A DNA stretch of 64,000 nt from Eubacteriales bacterium (GTDB taxonomy: Bacteria > Bacillota > Clostridia > Oscillospirales > CAG-272): contig JAZNDN010000026.1 in assembly GCA_045588085.1 (NCBI GenBank), positions 2,646 through 66,645 of the forward strand, read 5' to 3'. The position numbers and the translations under genes were made by a program. Shown here one piece after another: positions 58,373-64,000 of this stretch. Within the stretch, counting starts at the first letter, position 1, and every line of letters starts with the position of its first letter. The notes under the pieces were generated by a model. The model saw only the letters and a list, made by a program, of their open reading frames with translations, had not been told where the DNA came from and ran no database searches.

Positions 58373-59266
58373 TCAGTCCGCGAACTGCTTGATAGGTTTT
58401 ACGGCAAGCCCCTCTTCGAAGGCTCTTACCTCTCCGAGTGCAAAAAATCCGGATTTGCCGCAAAGGCGAACGCGTTGCCCGACCTCTGCCGAGAAGCCGA
58501 TTTTGCTAAGATATATTTCCGCGCCGCAGGTGGCAAGGCGTGTATAGAAATCCGGTAGCTCTACGCGAGGCAGATTCTCGAAAATGCATTCTACCGGAAG
58601 AATTTTGCTCTCGCGCTCCTCCGCGCTCATCTTTTCGAGCTCATCAAGGGTATATGCGTCGTCAAGGCTGAAAATTGAGGCCTGAGTTCTTACAAGCGCA
58701 TTCATCAGTCCGCCACAGCCGAGTGCCTTGCCTATATCTGCGCACAGAGTTCTTATATAAGTGCCCTTAGAGCAGTGAACGTCGAGAGAATAAAGCGTGT
58801 CGCAGATTTTCTTCGCCTCGATAGAGTGCACGGTTATCTCCCTCGGCTCTCGCTCAACCGATATGCCGCTTCTTGCAAGGTCGCAAAGCTTTTTGCCTCC
58901 GACCTTCAATGCCGAATACATAGGGGGCGTCTGCATTATCTTGCCAACGAAGCTGTCTATGACCTCGCGAACGCGGCTCTCCTCGGGGACTTTACAGGAT
59001 TCGGAAAGAATATTTCCGGTTATATCCTCGGTGTCACTAGTTTTGCCAAGAAGAAGCTCGGCACGGTAGTGCTTGTCCGAGGTGAGCATATACTCGCTTG
59101 CCTTGACGGCTCTGCCTATCAGAACGGGCAGAGCTCCCGTAGCCAGAGGGTCCAGAGTACCGGTATGCCCTGCCTTATCGGCACCGAGCAGACGCTTGAC
59201 ACGGCTGACCACTCCTTGAGAGCTTATGTCACGGCCTTTATTTATAACTATTATTCCGCTTCTCAT
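58373..59266 (-). CDS. truB: tRNA pseudouridine(55) synthase TruB
   Basis: GIIVINKGRDISS, the catalytic GHTGTLDPLATG block, and a C-terminal PUA-like domain. The start is placed at the third in-frame ATG (MRSG..), which has the best spacing to ggagaa. The ORF-track start is 59290. Confidence 0.93.
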   Translation of the reverse strand: MRSGIIVINKGRDISSQGVVSRVKRLLGADKAGHTGTLDPLATGALPVLIGRAVKASEYMLTSDKHYRAELLLGKTSDTEDITGNILSESCKVPEESRVREVIDSFVGKIMQTPPMYSALKVGGKKLCDLARSGISVEREPREITVHSIEAKKICDTLYSLDVHCSKGTYIRTLCADIGKALGCGGLMNALVRTQASIFSLDDAYTLDELEKMSAEERESKILPVECIFENLPRVELPDFYTRLATCGAEIYLSKIGFSAEVGQRVRLCGKSGFFALGEVRAFEEGLAVKPIKQFAD

Positions 59267-59360
59267 CGGCATTTTCTCCAAACAATACATAAAACTTAGC
59301 AGTGTGAGTAGTATATAGTGTTATTTTATCACATTCGGAGCTGAAATTCAATAAAAACTC

Positions 59361-59389
59361 TTGCCAAAACTATATATTTGTAGTAAAAT
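59361..59389 (+). promoter_or_regulatory. Predicted sigma-A promoter of the ACT/UPF0210 operon
   Basis: TTGCCA (59361-59366), a 17-nt spacer, then TAAAAT (59384-59389). Confidence 0.55.
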
Positions 59390-59456
59390 AATATTAATGT
59401 GGCATACAGCACGCTCAAAAGGCGAAGCTTGCCGCAAACAGAAATGAGGTACAGTG

Positions 59457-59726
59457 ATGAAGGCAGTTATAACCGTAATTGGTATGGACAAGGTAGGCAT
59501 TATAGCTATGACCAGCGCGGAGTGCGCTAAGTACGGAGCTAATATTATCGATATAAGCCAGACTGTTATGAAGGATTATTTCGCAATGATAATGCTCGTT
59601 GAGCTTGACGGACTTGAAACCAGCTTCAGTGAGTTCTCTGAGGGCATGAGCCGGCTCGGCAAGGAAAACGGAACCGATATCCGAGTTATGCACGAGGATA
59701 TTTTCAATTCAATGCACCGTATTTAA
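59457..59726 (+). CDS. ACT domain protein (UPF0237 family)
   Basis: 89 aa. MKAVITVIGMDKVGIIA... is typical of the small ACT protein that precedes UPF0210/DUF711 genes. The ATG at 59457 has GAGG 7 nt upstream. Confidence 0.85.
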   Translation: MKAVITVIGMDKVGIIAMTSAECAKYGANIIDISQTVMKDYFAMIMLVELDGLETSFSEFSEGMSRLGKENGTDIRVMHEDIFNSMHRI

Positions 59727-59740
59727 TCGAGGATTTGTAA

Positions 59741-61099
59741 ATGCTTAATACACAGGATATACTTGAAACAATCAGAATGATAAGAGAGGAAAACCTGGAT
59801 ATAAGAACCGTTACCATGGGTATTTCTCTTTTTGACTGCATTTCCGACGACCCTGCGCGTCTGGAGCAGAAAATATACGATAAAATAACGAGGTCGGCAA
59901 AAAATCTCGTATCGGTCTGCTGTCAGCTTGAAAAGACCTACGGCATTCCGATTGTCAATAAAAGAATAAGCGTAACCCCGATATCCTACGTCGGTGCAGG
60001 GCTCTGTCCCGAGGGATTCGTCAGGCTCGCGAAGACGCTTGAGCGCGCAGCGCTTGAGCTTGGCGTAAACTTTATAGGCGGTTATTCCGCGCACGTTCAG
60101 AAGGGCGCTATCATAGGTGCCTCAAACCTTATAGAGTCAATTCCGCAGGCAATGGCAGAGACCACCCGCGTATGCTCCTCGGTAAACGTGGCAACCACCA
60201 AGGCGGGAATAAATATGGACGCCATTCGCAGAATGGGTGAAATAATCAAGGAAACCGCGTATATAACCCGTGATAACGACTCTATCGGCTGTGCAAAGCT
60301 TGTGGTGTTCGCAAATATGCCGGAGGACAATCCCTTTATGGCGGGAGCCGTGCACGGAATAGGTGAGCCGGATACTGTTATCAACGTTGGTGTAAGCGGA
60401 CCGGGTGTCGTTGCGGCGGCAATAAGAGAGGTTGGCTCATGCGATTTCTCGGTGCTTGCCGAAACCATTAAGAAAATAGCCTTCAAGATAACCAGAGTAG
60501 GTCAGCTGATTGCCGCAGAGGCGGCAGGCAGGCTCGGCGCACCTTACGGAATAGTGGACCTCTCTCTTGCTCCCACACCTGCGGCAGGGGACTCGGTTGC
60601 CGAGATACTTGAGAATATGGGACTTGAAACCGCAGGAACGCACGGAACTACCGCTGCGCTGGCTTTGCTTAACGATGCGGTTAAAAAGGGCGGAGTTATG
60701 GCGACTAACCACGTCGGAGGACTTTCGGGTGCATTTATTCCCGTATCTGAGGACAAGGGAATGATAGAGGCGGCAGAGCGCGGAGTGCTCACCATAGAGA
60801 AGCTTGAGGCAATGACGGCGGTTTGCTCGGTTGGACTTGATATGTTTGCCGTTCCCGGAGATACCTCGGCAGCAACTATATCCGGAATTATAGCCGATGA
60901 GATATCCATAGGCGTCGTAAATAACAAGACTACGGCAGTAAGAGTCATACCCGTGTATAACAAGGGCGTTGGCGATTCGGCAGAGTTCGGAGGGCTGCTC
61001 GGCTATGCACCCATAATGCGCGTGCACGGCGAATCCTGCGAGAAATTTATCGCAAGAGGCGGCAGAATACCCGCTCCTATCCATTCGCTGCGAAATTGA
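59741..61099 (+). CDS. UPF0210 / DUF711 (PFL4705-like) family protein
   Basis: 452 aa. [24 protein letters not shown]... and [14 protein letters not shown] are characteristic of UPF0210, and the protein is the conserved partner of the ACT protein. Confidence 0.88.
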   Translation: MLNTQDILETIRMIREENLDIRTVTMGISLFDCISDDPARLEQKIYDKITRSAKNLVSVCCQLEKTYGIPIVNKRISVTPISYVGAGLCPEGFVRLAKTLERAALELGVNFIGGYSAHVQKGAIIGASNLIESIPQAMAETTRVCSSVNVATTKAGINMDAIRRMGEIIKETAYITRDNDSIGCAKLVVFANMPEDNPFMAGAVHGIGEPDTVINVGVSGPGVVAAAIREVGSCDFSVLAETIKKIAFKITRVGQLIAAEAAGRLGAPYGIVDLSLAPTPAAGDSVAEILENMGLETAGTHGTTAALALLNDAVKKGGVMATNHVGGLSGAFIPVSEDKGMIEAAERGVLTIEKLEAMTAVCSVGLDMFAVPGDTSAATISGIIADEISIGVVNNKTTAVRVIPVYNKGVGDSAEFGGLLGYAPIMRVHGESCEKFIARGGRIPAPIHSLRN

Positions 61100-61160
61100 T
61101 TCGCTGCTTATTCACAGAACACGAAAAATATTCGTAAATATACCGCAAAATAAAACAAAT

Positions 61161-61213
61161 AAGAACGGTCAGAGGCACGGTTGTGCAAAAATCTCTGTCC
61201 GTTCTTTATTTTT
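61161..61213 (+). terminator. Intrinsic terminator after the UPF0210 gene
   Basis: aagaacggtcagag-N18-ctctgtccgttctt gives a 14-bp stem with one mismatch, followed by tattttt. Confidence 0.75.
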
Positions 61214-61368
61214 CGGCAAAAGAAGTGCCGTGCCGACCTTCGCGAACCGACAGGTTTCGGGCAGTCTGATGCTTATAATAAGAACCGAGCAAGAAAACCA
61301 AAAGGAGCGCAGCCGCAAGCATATGAGCTGAGGCCGTTTGCAGCGTACGCTCGGGAAGGTATGGGGTT

Positions 61369-63627
61369 ATGAGCAAAGACGGTAATACAAAAGACGGAAA
61401 GCGCGGATTCCTTTTCCGAGCTTTCGGCAAATCAAATGCTTCGGGTGAAGAAAGGTCTGACCGGCAGGGCGTGAGAACGCTGAGGGATTTGTGCTGTGTG
61501 GCGCTCGGATTTCTTTTCGGCGGTTGCCATTTCGTATTCGGTGCATATCCCTTGGGAATAGCCTTGGTATCGGTTTTGCCGCGCGGGATTCTGGCGGCGC
61601 TCTTGGGCGTGGTCGTAGGCTCGCTCACACTAGGCAGAATAGGAATTATCTACGCGCTGATAGCAATTCTGGCGGTTCTTTTGAGAATAGTTATTTCGGG
61701 CGGCAAGGGAGCCGTCGGCAAAGGAGCTGATGATTCGGAAGCTTCAGGGCAGGTAGGCTCGCCGCTTGACCTGCTTGAAATATTCGCTCTTTCGGAGCAA
61801 ACGCTCATAGTCAGAATATCCTGTTCGGTTATCAGCGGATTTGTAATAGCAATGTATGAAATTCTGCTAAGCGGCATAAGTGCTGCATCGGTACTCTTCG
61901 GTATCACCATGATATTGACACCGGCTGTGTCGGTTTTTCTCTTGTGCGGCTTTTTTGACTCGGGTATCGGATACCGCGAGCTTTTATTTGGCGGCAAGAG
62001 CCTTATCTTTCCACCGCTTATCAGAGGAAAAAACAGAACCGCGCAGCTGCTTGACGGAATACATTTTCGCATCTCGGTTGCCCTTATACTGTTTATAATA
62101 TCCGTCTCGCTCAAGAAATACAGTCTTTTCGGAATAGATGCCTCGCTCGTCTTTTCGGGCGGTATAACTTTGCTCGCTGCGAAGAGATTTGGAGCTATAT
62201 ATGGGGGCGTGTGCGGTTTTATAACCTCGTTTGGTGTTTTGCCGCTTTATTCGGTGTCATTTATGCTGGCAGGTGTCAGCGCAGGCGTGCTTTTTCCGCT
62301 GGGGGTGGGATATGCACTTTTCGGCGGATGTATAATGCTCGGAGCATGGGGCGCGTATGCCGGCGGTGTCGCAGGATTCCTTTCGGTTCTTATTGAGTAT
62401 TCGCTAAGTGCCGTTTGTTTACTTCCGGTATTCAGGTTCTTCGAAAGAGAAAGCGCCGAGCCGCCCGATCCCGATTCGTCAAGGCGTGCGCTCGATATGG
62501 TGGGAACGATGGCACTGGCGTATCGCAACAAAACCTACGGCGGTACAGAAAGTCTTGAAAAGGCTTTGCACACTCTGTCACCGATGATAAAGAGGTTTCT
62601 GACAAAGGACAGGCAGAGGTCTGCGGGCGCACCTCATTCGCACCCTGATTCCAAGAGCGCTCCGGAGGACTACTATGAGCTTTTTGTCAGGATTTTTGAG
62701 CAGGCGAGGAAAAACGACGAGGAAAATCGCGAGATGGATGAGGCGCTTACCGAAAAGGCAGAGGCACTGTTCTCGGAATGCGGATTTGGCGACGGAGTTA
62801 TAAGAGTTTTCGGCAAGCGCCGAAAATACGTAATATGTGCCGGAGAGGATAAAACGGGAGAGCTGATAACCTCACAAAAACTTCTTTCGGGTCTTGAGGA
62901 GTGCTTGGGATACCGATTGTCCGCGCCCGACTATTTCAGGCGTCAGAATATGGTTCTTATGGAATGCTCTGCGGTTCCGAAGCTCAGGCTTGAGGCAGAA
63001 TATGCCGCCAGCGCAGGCACGGGCGGTGAGGTATCGGGTGACAGTCTGCGCTTTTTTGAAACGGCAAGCCACGAAAGCTATATTCTTATTTCAGACGGCA
63101 TGGGCAGCGGCAACGAGGCACTTGAAACCTCAAGCTTTGTGTGTGGTTTTTTGTCGAAAATACTCAGCACGGGGGTAGGCGCAGCACTTTCATTCCATGC
63201 GCTGAACGGAATAATCAGGGAGAGAAATACCGAGTGCTCGGCAACGGTGGATTTAATGCGCCTTGACCTGCTTACAGGCACAGCCGCCTTCGTAAAAAGC
63301 GCCGCACCGCCCTCGTATATAAAAAGAGGCAGCTCGCTGTTCCGCATAAAGAGTGAAACTATGCCGCTTGGGCTTCTTAAGCGCGTTGACGCAGAGAGCA
63401 TAACAGCTAATTTATGCGAGGGGGACTTATTGATAATGCTCTCCGACGGAATAAGTGAGAACGGTGATGATGCTCCTTGGTTGCTTGAGCTGCTTAACGA
63501 GCCGCTCGCAGAGGACGTTTGCCTTAAGCATTACGCTCAGAGGATAATACGCGCGGCGACCGAAAGGAAAAACCGGCGCGACGATATGACGGTTGTGGTT
63601 GCCAGAGTTTGCGCTGCAAAAAAGTGA
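61369..63627 (+). CDS. spoIIE: Stage II sporulation protein E (polytopic membrane PP2C phosphatase)
   Basis: 752 aa. The N-terminal ~330 aa carries about 10 TM helices. The C-terminal PP2C domain has GEVSGDS and ILISDGMGSGNEA, then ...LIMLSDGI.., in the order seen in SpoIIE. Confidence 0.88.
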   Translation: MSKDGNTKDGKRGFLFRAFGKSNASGEERSDRQGVRTLRDLCCVALGFLFGGCHFVFGAYPLGIALVSVLPRGILAALLGVVVGSLTLGRIGIIYALIAILAVLLRIVISGGKGAVGKGADDSEASGQVGSPLDLLEIFALSEQTLIVRISCSVISGFVIAMYEILLSGISAASVLFGITMILTPAVSVFLLCGFFDSGIGYRELLFGGKSLIFPPLIRGKNRTAQLLDGIHFRISVALILFIISVSLKKYSLFGIDASLVFSGGITLLAAKRFGAIYGGVCGFITSFGVLPLYSVSFMLAGVSAGVLFPLGVGYALFGGCIMLGAWGAYAGGVAGFLSVLIEYSLSAVCLLPVFRFFERESAEPPDPDSSRRALDMVGTMALAYRNKTYGGTESLEKALHTLSPMIKRFLTKDRQRSAGAPHSHPDSKSAPEDYYELFVRIFEQARKNDEENREMDEALTEKAEALFSECGFGDGVIRVFGKRRKYVICAGEDKTGELITSQKLLSGLEECLGYRLSAPDYFRRQNMVLMECSAVPKLRLEAEYAASAGTGGEVSGDSLRFFETASHESYILISDGMGSGNEALETSSFVCGFLSKILSTGVGAALSFHALNGIIRERNTECSATVDLMRLDLLTGTAAFVKSAAPPSYIKRGSSLFRIKSETMPLGLLKRVDAESITANLCEGDLLIMLSDGISENGDDAPWLLELLNEPLAEDVCLKHYAQRIIRAATERKNRRDDMTVVVARVCAAKK

Positions 63628-63656
63628 CACGCCCACGCGGGTTGGACTATAATATC

Positions 63657-63708
63657 GAAATAAAACAGAGCCGAGGTACAAGCTTGAATCAAAGCTATTC
63701 CCTCGGCT
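63657..63708 (-). terminator. Intrinsic terminator downstream of spoVM (between the convergent spoIIE and spoVM)
   Basis: agccgagg...cctcggct is the outer stem, with the inner pairing agctt/aagct. On the minus strand it is followed by ctgttttattt. Confidence 0.7.
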
Positions 63709-63731
63709 CATCACATTCACCTCACGGTGAA

Positions 63732-63800
63732 TCACATTCCGAATATTCTCTTAAGTATTGCCGATACGAAACGCGGCGAACGGATAATTACGACTTTCAT
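63732..63800 (-). CDS. spoVM: Stage V sporulation protein M-like 22-aa amphipathic peptide (below the ORF-track size cutoff)
   Basis: The minus strand reads aaaggtgagtcctt ATG AAA GTC GTA ATT ATC CGT TCG CCG CGT TTC GTA TCG GCA ATA CTT AAG AGA ATA TTC GGA ATG TGA, giving MKVVIIRSPRFVSAILKRIFGM. This fits the SpoVM pattern MK....[KR].P[KR]F[LV]..I[VL][KR]..[FL]G (B. subtilis MKFYTIKLPKFLGGIVRAMLGSFRKD, from memory). An RBS and its own terminator are present. Confidence 0.6.
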   Translation of the reverse strand: MKVVIIRSPRFVSAILKRIFGM

Positions 63801-63878
63801 AAGGACTCACCTTTACCTTTTATCTTTTTACGTCCTGTTACAGTATATGAAAGCTGCAAAAATATGACACCACACGAT

Positions 63879-64000
63879 TTACAGCGCGGCAAGCCGCTGC
63901 CTTATCGCGTTTATAACCTCGCTCTTTTTTGTGTTCCAAATTGGAGCTACCAAGAGCTCTTTTGGGCAGTCGCCGGTTATTCTGTGAACTACTATGTCCT
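63879..64000 (-). CDS. 3' end of a radical SAM TIGR01212 (YtqA/YhcC)-like gene (partial, continues beyond the window)
   Basis: The minus-strand frame is open from the window edge to the TAA at 63881-63879. It reads ...DIVVHRITGDCPKELLVAPIWNTKKSEVINAIRQRLAAL, which resembles the conserved C-terminus hRlTGD.p.dlLiaP.W...K.evl.aI of that family (from memory). Confidence 0.5.
   Translation of the reverse strand, partial: DIVVHRITGDCPKELLVAPIWNTKKSEVINAIRQRLAAL

Noticed and set aside
61214-61368. Spo0A boxes and a sigma-A promoter upstream of spoIIE (TATAAT at ~61284, TTCGCGA and CCGACAG near 61240-61258).
   Set aside because: The 0A-box look-alikes each carry a mismatch to TGTCGAA/TTCGACA at a conserved position, and the -35 region is poor. 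This is plausible for a Spo0A-activated promoter but too weak to annotate without experimental or comparative support.

Overview
The window is an origin-proximal chromosomal segment of a spore-forming, Clostridia-class Firmicute. That assignment is an inference from gene content. About 90% is coding and most of it is housekeeping. In order: remB-like tail, gyrB, gyrA, RNase J, parB/parA with two perfect parS sites, hrcA-grpE-dnaK-dnaJ with CIRCE, RNase Y, ymdB, mnmG, a WecA/TagO-like transferase, trpS, a GldA/F/G-like ABC operon, rnhA, an alaR/alaT-like pair, alaS, addA, truB, an ACT/UPF0210 pair, spoIIE, an unlisted spoVM micro-ORF, and the tail of a radical-SAM gene.

The stand-out is a tightly packed six-gene operon of about 9 kb (23053-31946) sitting between rny and ymdB, which are normally adjacent. 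It encodes:
- a 1121-aa protein with a cytoplasmic coiled coil, about 9 TM helices and an extracellular BspA-type LRR domain;
- a soluble 1178-aa FtsK/SpoIIIE/EssC-like ATPase with a single intact P-loop;
- two translationally coupled ~100-aa helical proteins, one with a central W-x-G motif;
- two further small or coiled-coil proteins.

I read this as an atypical, minimal type VII (WXG100)-like secretion module that lacks every other canonical T7SSb membrane component.

Secondary points of interest:
- a 1.65-kb ORF-poor region upstream of parA containing a 124-bp tandem repeat, the parS pair and an orphan consensus promoter;
- an XRE-type HTH protein ending in a MinD-like amphipathic membrane-targeting tail;
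- Gly at the acidic QRDR position of GyrA;
- a GldG-duplicated ABC system with a 972-aa anchored partner;
- two extracytoplasmic trigger-factor-like proteins flanking rnhA;
- addA without an adjacent addB.

All calls were made by eye from the sequence and ORF track, with family motifs recalled from memory. No database search, HMM scan, GC-skew calculation or RNA folding was run.
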